Shown here one piece after another: positions 18,940 to 28,347 of a DNA stretch of 64,000 nt. The stretch comes from Thermoplasmatota archaeon (GTDB lineage Archaea; Thermoplasmatota; Thermoplasmata; UBA10834). Both the position numbers and the translations under genes were made by a program. The notes beneath the pieces were generated by a model, which worked only from the letters and a program-made list of their open reading frames with translations, had not been told where the DNA came from and searched no databases. Every line of letters starts with the position of its first letter. Position 1 is the stretch's first letter. Where the stretch lies: the NCBI GenBank assembly GCA_018818785.1, contig JAHIRF010000005.1, positions 275,513 through 339,512 on the forward strand, read 5' to 3'.

Positions 18940-20846
18940 GCGACATCCCGCCAGTCGTTGGCATGGTTCGCACTGGGGAATCTTCCAAGATCCGTATGGG
19001 GGATGAACAGAGATGCGGAGAACTCCTCGTAGAATTCGTTGTCCACACTGAGTTCGAGATATGTCATCTTGTTCAGTATCTTCGATGTCTCCCGTCTCGC
19101 ATCCTTCGATACCAGCGCCAGCTTCGCCCCTCCCAGAGCTCCGTTGCCTATGAACCTGTACTTCTTCCTGGGAACATCCGGGAACATCCCCAGAGTCACG
19201 GCCCTGGTCATGTCCAGATGGAAGCCGAACCCTCCAGCGATGACTATGCTCGACAGGCTCCCCAGATCCTTCCCGGTCTTCCGCAACAATACGGAGCACG
19301 CGCCGTAGATGGCCGCCTTCGTCCTCAGGATGTTCTGCAGGTCCGCATCCGTTATCACGAGGTCCGAGGTGGCTCCTTCATGGAGACGCTCCTTCCTCTC
19401 TATGACATATTCCAGGCCTTCTTCACCGGTTCTCACCCTGTCACTGTCCCTTTCCTGTATCCTGGCCTTGCGGTCTATCACGCCTCTCGCATACATCTCC
19501 GCCATCAGGTCGACCAGGCCTGACCCGCAGACACCGATCGGGGCCCGGTCTCCTATCACATGATATTTCGCAGCGAGATCATCGTCTATCCTGAGCCTGT
19601 CTATCGCGCCGTCCATCGCCCTCACGCCGCAGGTGACCTCTCCCCCTTCGAACGCTGGTCCGGCCGAGCAAGAGCATGAGACCATCCAATCCCTGCATCC
19701 GAGGACCACCTCTCCGTTGGTGCCCACATCGATCAGGAGATGAGTCCTCTTCGATCTGTGCATCTCACTGGCCAACACATCCGCGATGACGTCCCCTCCT
19801 ACATACCCTGCTCTGGAGGGGAAGGTGAAGACCGAACCCGCTCCGTTCATCATCAATCCGAGGTCTTTGGCCTTCATCGGGGGAATGTGGTGAGTCACCG
19901 GGACGTACGGCTCCAGTCGGACATTGTCCGTCGATAGTCCGAGGAAGAACTGCGTCATCACGGTATTGCCCGCAATCGATGCAGCCACGATGTCCTGTCG
20001 TGAGAGGCGCTCGCCGTCCATCTCATTCCGTTCCTCCATGACTCTGCTTATGCACGAGTTCACCGTCTCTCTCGCCAATGACGTGAGTTCATCCAGTCCG
20101 TTTTCCTCACCGAACATCATTCTGGCAATCACATCATCGCCATGTGTCATCTGTCTGTTGAAGTCTGAAGCCGTCCCCAGAACCTCTCCTGTGTCGAGGT
20201 CGATGAGGTCGACGACGACCGTGGTCGTCCCTATGTCGACCGCGATCCCGACCGCACTCCCCCTTGTGTCCCCTGGCTCCACTCTGATTATCTCCACGGG
20301 CCCCGCCAGATCGGACCGGGTCGCAGTGACCTTCCATCTCCCGTCCCTCAACGCGGACGGCAGGTCTCTGAGACCTTCGAGCGAGATCTCGGGCCGTGCA
20401 TCGTCCATCGCACGCATCATCCTCTCTCGGTCCGCCAGGTTATCGGAGAGCGTCGCAGGATTCATCTCCAGGAAGCGTTTGGTCACCCAGGGGGTCGTCC
20501 GCTCAGGCATCTTCTGTACCGATTTCGTCACTATCTGGTGCTTTCCGAGCCTGTACCTCGGCAGCACATGGACGATCAGATCCCCTTCTATTCTGGAAGT
20601 GCATGCGAGTGCGATGCCTTCTCGAACCTCTTCTTCTGTCAGATGTTCGGACCCTTCGGTGATGGTCTTTCCGTCTATCTTCACCTTGCAGCGTCCGCAC
20701 TTGCCGCTCCCACCGCATACCGCATCGATCGGTATGCATGCCAGTCTGCCTGCCTCCAGCACTGTCGTTCCCCTATCGACGGTAACCTGCTTTCCATCCG
20801 GTCGGAACACCACCCTCAGATTGTTCCGCCCTTCGTCAGCTGTCAT
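18936..20846 (-). CDS. Reductive activator of corrinoid iron-sulfur protein (RACo/AcsV-like)
   Basis: 636 aa; N-terminal plant-type [2Fe-2S] ferredoxin motif CGGSGKCGRCKV...LAC followed by an ASKHA/DUF4445-like ATPase region. Confidence 0.75.
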   Translation of the reverse strand: MTADEGRNNLRVVFRPDGKQVTVDRGTTVLEAGRLACIPIDAVCGGSGKCGRCKVKIDGKTITEGSEHLTEEEVREGIALACTSRIEGDLIVHVLPRYRLGKHQIVTKSVQKMPERTTPWVTKRFLEMNPATLSDNLADRERMMRAMDDARPEISLEGLRDLPSALRDGRWKVTATRSDLAGPVEIIRVEPGDTRGSAVGIAVDIGTTTVVVDLIDLDTGEVLGTASDFNRQMTHGDDVIARMMFGEENGLDELTSLARETVNSCISRVMEERNEMDGERLSRQDIVAASIAGNTVMTQFFLGLSTDNVRLEPYVPVTHHIPPMKAKDLGLMMNGAGSVFTFPSRAGYVGGDVIADVLASEMHRSKRTHLLIDVGTNGEVVLGCRDWMVSCSCSAGPAFEGGEVTCGVRAMDGAIDRLRIDDDLAAKYHVIGDRAPIGVCGSGLVDLMAEMYARGVIDRKARIQERDSDRVRTGEEGLEYVIERKERLHEGATSDLVITDADLQNILRTKAAIYGACSVLLRKTGKDLGSLSSIVIAGGFGFHLDMTRAVTLGMFPDVPRKKYRFIGNGALGGAKLALVSKDARRETSKILNKMTYLELSVDNEFYEEFSASLFIPHTDLGRFPSANHANDWRDVA

Positions 20847-20987
20847 GCTGGACCGGCCGGCACAGTAACCACTTGCGCCTCTAATAACTATTATGCACGG
20901 TATGCGGAAGCCTACGATGTGCCGTATGATGCGAACATTTCATAAGTCCTGAATGAGTACGTTTCCTCCGGAGAAAGGGGGTTCGGC

Positions 20988-21764
20988 TTGATAGTCGTGG
21001 GTGAGAGGATCAACGGACAATTTCCTCTGGTTTCGAAAGCGATAGATGCCAGGGACGAGAAGACGATTCAGGGCATGGCGTTGGAACAGATATCTGCAGG
21101 AGCGGACGTCCTCGACGTGAACACTGGTCCGGGGAGGGATGACGGTCCTGAAGCCATGGCCTGGCTCGTCAAGACCATCCAGGACGCGGTCGATATACGG
21201 CTTGCGATCGATTCTCCGGGGTTGAAGGTTCAGCAGGCAGGCTTGACGGCGTGCAAGCGCACGCCTCTGATCAACTCCACGACTGCCGAGGAGAAGCGCA
21301 TGGAGAAGTTCTTCCCATTGGCTCTCGAACACAATGCAGAGATCGTCTGCCTGACGATAAACGAGAAAGGCATTCCCAATTCTGTGGATGGACGGACGGA
21401 GACTGCGATGCTCCTGCTCACAAATGCCATGGACAAAGGGATCCCACCAGAGAACCTGTATCTGGACCCGGTCGTGCTGCCGATCACAGCCGCTCAGGAT
21501 CAGTGCCCCGTCGTCTGCGACGCCATCACTGCGTTCAGGGCACTCAACACTCCTCCTCCAAAGACAATAGTCGGGCTGAGCAATGTATCAAGCGGCGCGG
21601 AGGAGCGCAACCTGCTGAACAGGACATATCTCGGCATGCTCCTCGGTCGCGGTCTGGACGCTGCGATCGTTGACCCGCTCGACCTCGAGTTGGTCAAGGA
21701 GCTCAAGGCCGCCGAGGTCCTGTTGAACCACAAGCTGTACGCCCATTCGTTCCTGAGGGCATGA
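20988..21764 (+). CDS. acsE: Methyltetrahydrofolate:corrinoid iron-sulfur protein methyltransferase (AcsE)
   Basis: MIVVGERINGQF N-terminus (compare Moorella MLIIGERING) and a pterin-binding TIM-barrel sequence; TTG start with a GGAGA/GGGGG upstream. Confidence 0.8.
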   Translation: MIVVGERINGQFPLVSKAIDARDEKTIQGMALEQISAGADVLDVNTGPGRDDGPEAMAWLVKTIQDAVDIRLAIDSPGLKVQQAGLTACKRTPLINSTTAEEKRMEKFFPLALEHNAEIVCLTINEKGIPNSVDGRTETAMLLLTNAMDKGIPPENLYLDPVVLPITAAQDQCPVVCDAITAFRALNTPPPKTIVGLSNVSSGAEERNLLNRTYLGMLLGRGLDAAIVDPLDLELVKELKAAEVLLNHKLYAHSFLRA

Positions 21765-22417
21765 GGTGGACCGTGATGATCGGGGGCAGGGACAGCCATG
21801 ACGATGCTCTTCGGGTCGGATGGGACAGTCTGAAAGAGTGCGGCATCAGCGAGTTCTCCCCTGCTGGAGCGACGGTGGACACAGACGCTTCTCAGCTGAG
21901 ACTGAAGGTGATGGATCGCATCTGCACGATCGACCTCAGCTCGGAGAGGATGAGCTACGAAGATGGTGAACGGGAAGAGGTCAGCGCCTACCTCCGGATA
22001 CTGATCCTTCATTATCTAGTGGGTGCGAGGGACAAGTCTCCATCGGGTGCCATGGTCTCATTCAGGGAGTTCGAGGGCGGTGCGCTCTACTACTCCGCAT
22101 TCAAGAAGAGGACGATCGATGTTCTGACTGGCACATTCGGTGATGACGCCGATAGCCTTCGGAGAGCTGGCGAAAGGTTGGGGGCGACCACACTCATGAG
22201 TGGGTCCGTATCGTTCCGTGTGATGTTCTTCCCAAAGCTCCCGGTCGACGTGTTGTTTTGGCTGGGTGACGAGGAGGTACCATCATCCGCGAACATACTC
22301 TTCGACGAGACCGCGGGGAAGATGATCGCGACCGAAGACCTGTCCGCACTCGCAGGCGTCCTATGTATCCGATTGATCAAATCGTCGTCCAAGGCCGAGC
22401 CTGTCGGATCGAAATAG
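21761..22417 (+). CDS. DUF3786 domain protein (often linked to acs clusters)
   Basis: 218 aa; ATGA overlap with acsE; sequence character matches DUF3786 (e.g. FKKRTIDVLTGTFGDD, VMFFPKLPVDVLFW). Confidence 0.55.
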   Translation: MRWTVMIGGRDSHDDALRVGWDSLKECGISEFSPAGATVDTDASQLRLKVMDRICTIDLSSERMSYEDGEREEVSAYLRILILHYLVGARDKSPSGAMVSFREFEGGALYYSAFKKRTIDVLTGTFGDDADSLRRAGERLGATTLMSGSVSFRVMFFPKLPVDVLFWLGDEEVPSSANILFDETAGKMIATEDLSALAGVLCIRLIKSSSKAEPVGSK

Positions 22418-22450
22418 ATGAGCAGAAGCCCTGGGATGACCAGATGACAC

Positions 22451-23062
22451 TCACTGCGTGAAAGTCTCGCCCTTCTCGTACTTCTCCCTGAGGTGCTTGA
22501 GGACGATCTCCCTGTCCCTCCTCAGGTGGCTCTCGTACCAGATCTTGATGACATCCGCGAGTATCTCGTGGTACTTCTTCTCGTCGAACTTGGTGATCGG
22601 TATGTCCATGAGCACGTAGTTGCTGAAGATCCTCTTCCATCCAGCGTACTTGTAGTAATGTTCCCCCTCGCAATATTCGAAGGTGAGCCTGAAATTGGTC
22701 TGGCTATCGACGCTGTAGAACCATGCCTTGAGCGAGTCGCCTACCCTGCCCTGGGTGCGGTCCGTGAGGGCGACGTTCTCGACGCCACTGAAATTGAAGT
22801 CCTGCTTCAGATCCCACTGTTCGGGATACACGACGAAGTGGGCGAAATTAGATGGCTCGGGCGACATCGTGTAGTGCACGTTGATCTTGTTGAACCTGAT
22901 CCAGATCCTGAAAAGATCCTGTAGTAGGTTCCTGTTGATCTCTATCTTCTGTGTGTTCTGCTCGACCTGGTTGTCTGTGATCTGAAGCGTCTTCTTCTCG
23001 AGCTCCTCGTCGAGCGTTGCGAACCAATCAGCTTCTTTCTCTTCGGCCTTGGCCATGCGCAT
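22451..23062 (-). CDS. Hypothetical protein, compositionally AT-richer than its neighbours
   Basis: 203-aa ORF rich in K/N/I/F/Y/W with no recognisable motif, flanked by AT-rich intergenic DNA on its upstream side. Confidence 0.4.
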   Translation of the reverse strand: MRMAKAEEKEADWFATLDEELEKKTLQITDNQVEQNTQKIEINRNLLQDLFRIWIRFNKINVHYTMSPEPSNFAHFVVYPEQWDLKQDFNFSGVENVALTDRTQGRVGDSLKAWFYSVDSQTNFRLTFEYCEGEHYYKYAGWKRIFSNYVLMDIPITKFDEKKYHEILADVIKIWYESHLRRDREIVLKHLREKYEKGETFTQ

Positions 23063-23228
23063 CCCTTTGAATGGTCATGATATTACATGAATATAAGACT
23101 TTGGTATTTATTCATAACGACGATTATTTTTCTGGCTACCCCTGATTTGCCGTTCGGAAGGGTCTCCAAGCAAATGTGCCTACACAGCAACGTAGAAGTA
23201 ACCAAATCTTGTTCCCGGAAGAGGTACC

Positions 23229-23738
23229 ATGGGCTTCTGGGATTCACTCATCGATTGGCTGAATCAGTATCAGGCAGATCCTGCCACCTACCTGTTCCTG
23301 TTCTTCCTCTTCTGCGTCGCCGCGGCAATAATTCTCCCGATACCAGTGGAGATACTGCTCGTCGTGCCAGGCGTCCCATTCGTGTACAAGGCGATCGTGA
23401 TGGGCCTCGGGAAAGGCGTGGGCGCCTTCGCCGTATTCCACATAGGTGGGGAGATAGAGCAGGTCGTCAGGAGATTCTCCAAATGGCGCTGGTTCAAGTG
23501 GCTCTTGGACAAGAGCGAGATATTCGTCCGTAGGTACGGCTATGGTGCGATGTACGTCATCATGTCCGTGCCAGGCATGGTAGACACCATACCTCTCTAC
23601 ATATTCTCGATCCTGAACAAAGAGGGCGAGCTCATGACGCGCAAAGGCTTCGTCATCGTCAACGTATTGGCGGGGGTGACCCGGGCGGTGTTGATCTACA
23701 CGTTGTTCCATGTGTTTGACATAGAGTTGTTCGGCTGA
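23229..23738 (+). CDS. DedA/VTT-domain family membrane protein
   Basis: 169 aa with 4 TM helices and a VTT-like core (LFLFFLFCVAAAIILPIPVEILLV). Confidence 0.5.
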   Translation: MGFWDSLIDWLNQYQADPATYLFLFFLFCVAAAIILPIPVEILLVVPGVPFVYKAIVMGLGKGVGAFAVFHIGGEIEQVVRRFSKWRWFKWLLDKSEIFVRRYGYGAMYVIMSVPGMVDTIPLYIFSILNKEGELMTRKGFVIVNVLAGVTRAVLIYTLFHVFDIELFG

Positions 23739-23774
23739 TGATCCGTATCACAATCTCGCTCAGTGTCTGGATGA

Positions 23775-24527
23775 TCACGTGATCTTCTGCACGGACTTCA
23801 GCAGCACGAGGTTGTCTTCCATCTCGAGTTCGAAGAGCTTCTGCGGCACGGTCGTCATCCGCATCTTGGGGATGCTCAGATAGTGCCTGATCCTGTCTCC
23901 CGTGCGGTCGGTCCTGATCTCCATGACTCCATCGAAATCGTGGGCCATCATGCTGAACAGTTCCTCCCGGATGCCCATCGGGAACGTATGGATGACCACG
24001 GTCTCGAACGCCCTGAGGTCGGCGAACGCCCTCCTACCCCATCGCATGATCTCTATCGGAGTCCTGCCGGTCAGAGTGCCAGGCACGCTCTCGCAGACTG
24101 CCCTCAGACCTTTCAGGTTCGGCAACCGTTCCACGGCCGACGCGAGGCCGTCCTGGAGCATGCGCTCGTCGTCGACCTCGGTGACGGTGATGATCTTATT
24201 CTGTATCTCCTGATCGACACCCATGGCAGATGTGCGCTTGTGCAAAGAATAACAATCGAGTATGATGAGCTGATCGTTCGCTACGGACTCCAGCACATCG
24301 AACCCCTGCTGCTTCATGCTCCTTATGAGGCTGGCAGGTGGTCGCGACAGACAACAGTAGATGGCGGGGAAACCATGTTTCACGCCCTCGGCTATGAACT
24401 GCTGTAGAATGCATTCCGTGAAGTTGGACGGTTCCGCCCTGATGGCGACCGTCGAATTGGTCGGTATCCCGCCCTGCAGCACTGTGTCCAATCCATGGAC
24501 GCCGCATGGCACCCTTGCGATTATCAT
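23775..24527 (-). CDS. KaiC/RecA-superfamily ATPase-like protein with degenerate P-loop
   Basis: GVHGLDTVLQGGIP is the typical KaiC/RadA N-terminal motif, but the Walker A position reads VAIRAEPSNFTEC with no GKT/S. Confidence 0.5.
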   Translation of the reverse strand: MIIARVPCGVHGLDTVLQGGIPTNSTVAIRAEPSNFTECILQQFIAEGVKHGFPAIYCCLSRPPASLIRSMKQQGFDVLESVANDQLIILDCYSLHKRTSAMGVDQEIQNKIITVTEVDDERMLQDGLASAVERLPNLKGLRAVCESVPGTLTGRTPIEIMRWGRRAFADLRAFETVVIHTFPMGIREELFSMMAHDFDGVMEIRTDRTGDRIRHYLSIPKMRMTTVPQKLFELEMEDNLVLLKSVQKIT

Positions 24528-24584
24528 CTTCCTCCACCGTGTGATGGCCGCCGTGGGTATTTGCCGTTTGCTGCAACTTCGCGG

Positions 24585-25520
24585 TCATCTGCTTGGCGGA
24601 GACTCTATCACGGTTTCAGGCTCGTCCTTGTGCGCGAACCTGATGAGCAGGACCGCTACTATGACGAGGGCGATGCCTGCGATCTGGATCCCGTTGATCG
24701 CTTCGTTGATGATGATGACTGCGAGGATGACGCCTGCGACCGGCTCTATCCCCGCGATTATGCTCGCTTTGCTGGCCTGGATGTGCCCGAGGGCCATCAT
24801 GGCTATGACGAACGCGATCGTGCCAGGCACCAGCCCTATGATTAGGATGTACAGCCAAGCATCCGTGCTGAGCGATGTCTCCATCAGGGCGAACGGATTG
24901 ACTATGATGATCAGGGCCGGTAGCATCAGGATGGACATGTACAATGCAACCGTGTTGGACGAGTACTTCACCATGAACTTCTTCGCCCAGAGATAGTAGA
25001 CCGCCGCGGCGACGGCAGTGAACAAGCCGAGCCCGATCCCCCAGATGTTCAGTCGCATGTTGTCGAGGTCGTATGCTCCCGCGATGAGGATCGCTCCGAT
25101 GAATGTCAGTGGGAGTGCGATCGCCTTGATGGCCGTCATCTTCTCCCCGAGGAGGAACACCGAGGCGATTGTGACCATGCTAGGGTAGGTGTACAGGAGT
25201 ACGACTGCGGTCGCGACCGAGGTCAGGTCTATCGCGTTGTACCACGCGAGAGAGAAGAGTGCACCGGTGATGGTGGCGAACACGAGCAGGGCCGGCAGGT
25301 CTCGCGCGCTCACCCTGAACGCCTTTTTGTCGAATACCGCGAGGATGACCATCAGCACGATGGTACCTGACAGGGCTGCGAACACGGCTACTTCGTTCGC
25401 AGTCGCCCCTTTGTCGTCGATGGCGATCTTCGTCAATGTGCCCGATGTGCCCCACAGCACTGCCGCTGCTGCCATCATCCCATATGCCATGTTCTTGGTA
25501 ATCTTCACCAATGCGGGCAC
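24585..25520 (-). CDS. EamA/DMT-family transporter
   Basis: 311 aa with 10 TM helices, two EamA-like halves and a WGTSGTLTK-type motif. Confidence 0.75.
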   Translation of the reverse strand: MPALVKITKNMAYGMMAAAAVLWGTSGTLTKIAIDDKGATANEVAVFAALSGTIVLMVILAVFDKKAFRVSARDLPALLVFATITGALFSLAWYNAIDLTSVATAVVLLYTYPSMVTIASVFLLGEKMTAIKAIALPLTFIGAILIAGAYDLDNMRLNIWGIGLGLFTAVAAAVYYLWAKKFMVKYSSNTVALYMSILMLPALIIIVNPFALMETSLSTDAWLYILIIGLVPGTIAFVIAMMALGHIQASKASIIAGIEPVAGVILAVIIINEAINGIQIAGIALVIVAVLLIRFAHKDEPETVIESPPSR

Positions 25521-25718
25521 CTTTGATGGGGGTATGGCAGTTCCCCTGATGAACCTAACCCAGAGCCCTTATGAATGTGAGGCTGTAAGGCAACAGTGTT
25601 ATATTATATCACGGCGTTTATGGGTACCGCGCAGGATTGAAGATCTTTTGGGGGAGACGCATGGCGAACACCTCGATTCTGGTTCGTGGTGCCAGCTCTG
25701 GAGCTAATCGATTATCCG

Positions 25719-26963
25719 TCATTCTGCGGCATGCAACTTCTTGCCGCCACTGTTCTTTCCCAGTATCAGCAGTAACGGTACCGCGACCAATGCCATGATG
25801 GCTCCGTAGGTGAACGTGGCGGATGGTCCGTAACTGTCCCAGAGGAGCCCTGCTATTATTCCTCCTGGGAGCATGACGAGCCCCACTGCCGTATGGAACG
25901 CTCCGAGTGCGGAGCCTCTGAGTTCTCGGGGGACGAAGTCCACCACATATGCTTTGAGCACGCCCTCAGACGATCCTTTGTAGAATCCGAACAGCGAGAA
26001 GCCAAGGACGAGCAGTAGCAGAGAGTGCGCTGAGGCCATTACCATCGATGTGACGGCGAATAGCAGGAACGACATGGCGATGACCGGTCTTCTCCCGATC
26101 CTGTCCGATAGACTACCAGATGGTATGGCCACAAGGACGAAGACTATGTTGAAGAGGACATAGAGGAGGATCGCCGTGACACCTGACAGCCCTGCGTCGA
26201 TAGCTTGCAGGATGAAGAAAGCGTAGCTGATCTCGCCGATGTAGAAGACCATTACGACGATGATTATCGACCAGAAATCCTTGTTCAAGGTCCGCATCTC
26301 AGCGACGAACCTGCGTCTCCTGGTAGGTTTGGTGCTTTCCTTCTCCTTGACGAACAGTGCGACGATGACGGCGGCGAACGCGGGTATCGTCGCGAATATG
26401 AATATGAGCCTGTACGCGGCCAGCTCCTCCATGCTGGATGCATAAGCCAGTATGATCAGCGCGAGGATCGGGCCTATCACTGCGCCCGTCGAATCCATCG
26501 CCTTGTGGAACCCGAATGCCTTGCCCATCTTATCCGTCGCTGTCGAATCCGCTATGAGTGCATCCCTTGGCGCGCTCCTGATCCCCTTCCCTATGCGCTC
26601 GGTGATCCTGATGCCCAGGACCTGCCATGGCAGGGTGGCGAATATCAACCCTGGTTTCACCGCCGAGCTTGCCCCGTATCCTCCCAGTATGAACGGCTTG
26701 CGCCGATTGAATTTGTCAGAATACCATCCCGAGACGACCTTGATCAGGGATGCGGTGGTCTCAGCAGCTCCTTCTATCAGTCCGATGACGAGACCCGTAG
26801 CCCCTATGGCCGTCAGGAACATCGGAAGAATCGGGATGATCATCTCGCTGCTCATGTCCGTGAGCAGGCTCACGATCCCGAGGATCATCACGTTCGTGCT
26901 GACGCCCGTGAGCAGCCGTTTCTTGGTCTTGCTGCCTCGGTCACCTTCACCCTCGACGGTCAT
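25719..26963 (-). CDS. MFS transporter
   Basis: 414 aa with 12 TM helices and MFS loop motifs (GSLSDRIGRRP). Confidence 0.8.
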   Translation of the reverse strand: MTVEGEGDRGSKTKKRLLTGVSTNVMILGIVSLLTDMSSEMIIPILPMFLTAIGATGLVIGLIEGAAETTASLIKVVSGWYSDKFNRRKPFILGGYGASSAVKPGLIFATLPWQVLGIRITERIGKGIRSAPRDALIADSTATDKMGKAFGFHKAMDSTGAVIGPILALIILAYASSMEELAAYRLIFIFATIPAFAAVIVALFVKEKESTKPTRRRRFVAEMRTLNKDFWSIIIVVMVFYIGEISYAFFILQAIDAGLSGVTAILLYVLFNIVFVLVAIPSGSLSDRIGRRPVIAMSFLLFAVTSMVMASAHSLLLLVLGFSLFGFYKGSSEGVLKAYVVDFVPRELRGSALGAFHTAVGLVMLPGGIIAGLLWDSYGPSATFTYGAIMALVAVPLLLILGKNSGGKKLHAAE

Positions 26964-27237
26964 GGTCTCGCCCTCTTCTCAGTCGGTGGGGGTTGAGTGG
27001 CTCACGAGATATTAGGTTATAGCCCTGGTACGAACGCCATGATCTCGGCCGCATTCTCAACGGGATGATATTGCATGGGCAGGATGCCCTCTCCGTCGTG
27101 GATGAGGACGATGCTCTTATCGGTGCGTTCAACGGATTCGGGATGCCGCTGCTCGGAAGCGATATTCTGAGGTGGTGAGGAAATAGCCAGTACTCGATTC
27201 TGGGATGCCATTCATCACCTGGTTGATAAGTCCATAA

Positions 27238-28347
27238 ATGACAAGCTTTAAATCAAACAATAGAATATGTGCGGCAATGGTTCCAAGGGAACGCATCCAG
27301 AAGATACTCGAGAGCTACGATAGAAACAAGCTCACAATAGCGACAGCGTGCTCTCACACATCGCTTCAGATTTTCGACGGTGCCCGCAAAGAGGGCCTGA
27401 AGACTCTGGGCATAACCGTCGGTCAGAACACCAAGTTCTACGATGCCTTCCCCAAGGGCAAACCAGACGAGTTCTTCAAGGTCAAGTCATACCTCGACCT
27501 TCTGGACATGAAAGACGAACTGTTGGCCAGGAACGTCATCATAGTCCCCCACGGCTCGTTCGTCGAGTACATGACTCCCAGGAACTTCGAAGAGCTCGAG
27601 GTCCCCACATTCGGAAACAGGCGTGTGCTCGAGTGGGAGAGCAACCGTGAGATGGAGCGCGAATGGCTCACATCCGCCGGCATCGAGATGCCGAACAGGA
27701 TCGAGGACCCGAAGATGATAGACAGACCCGTCCTCGTGAAGTACGACGGTGCGAAGGGTGGCAGGGGCTTCTTCATCGCGAAGGATTATCCGGACTTCAA
27801 GCTCGGCATAGATCACACGCAGCGCTTCACGATACAGGAATATATCCTCGGCACCAGGTACTACATCCACTACTTCTACTCGCCCATCAGGTCGGAGGGG
27901 TACAAGCTCAAGAAAGGGATACTTGAGATGCTCAGCGTCGACCGGAGGGACGAATCGAACGTCGATGAGATGTACAAGCTCGGCGCGCAAGAGGAGCTGA
28001 AGAAGCTGGGTTTCTATCCGTCGTTCGTCGTCACTGGCAACATCCCGGTGGTGGTGCGCGAATCGCTTCTGCCAAAACTCCTGGATATGGGCGAGAGGAT
28101 CATCGAGCGCTCGATCGAATTGTTCGGCGGCATGATAGGGCCGTTCTGCATCGAGAGTATCGTCACCGACGACCTGAATATCAAGGTGTTCGAGATATCG
28201 TCCAGGATCGTCGCGGGAACGAACCCGTTCATATCAGGGTCGCCATACGCGGACCTGATCGAACCTGGCCTGTCGACCGGACGCCGTATCGCCCAGGAGC
28301 TGAAGTTGGCCAACGAGAAGGACATGCTCATGGAGGTGCTGTCTTGA
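27238..28347 (+). CDS. purP: 5-formaminoimidazole-4-carboxamide ribonucleotide synthetase (PurP), archaeal ATP-grasp
   Basis: 369 aa; the N-terminus ILESYDRNKLTIATACSHTSLQIFDGARKEG and ATP-grasp core are typical of archaeal PurP. Confidence 0.8.
   Translation: MTSFKSNNRICAAMVPRERIQKILESYDRNKLTIATACSHTSLQIFDGARKEGLKTLGITVGQNTKFYDAFPKGKPDEFFKVKSYLDLLDMKDELLARNVIIVPHGSFVEYMTPRNFEELEVPTFGNRRVLEWESNREMEREWLTSAGIEMPNRIEDPKMIDRPVLVKYDGAKGGRGFFIAKDYPDFKLGIDHTQRFTIQEYILGTRYYIHYFYSPIRSEGYKLKKGILEMLSVDRRDESNVDEMYKLGAQEELKKLGFYPSFVVTGNIPVVVRESLLPKLLDMGERIIERSIELFGGMIGPFCIESIVTDDLNIKVFEISSRIVAGTNPFISGSPYADLIEPGLSTGRRIAQELKLANEKDMLMEVLS

Noticed and set aside
18940-19299. N-terminal 120-aa extension of the acsF/CooC ORF
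   Set aside because: It overlaps the 3' end of the RACo gene in another frame. The CooC homology, including the P-loop at the very N-terminus, starts at ATG 18939.
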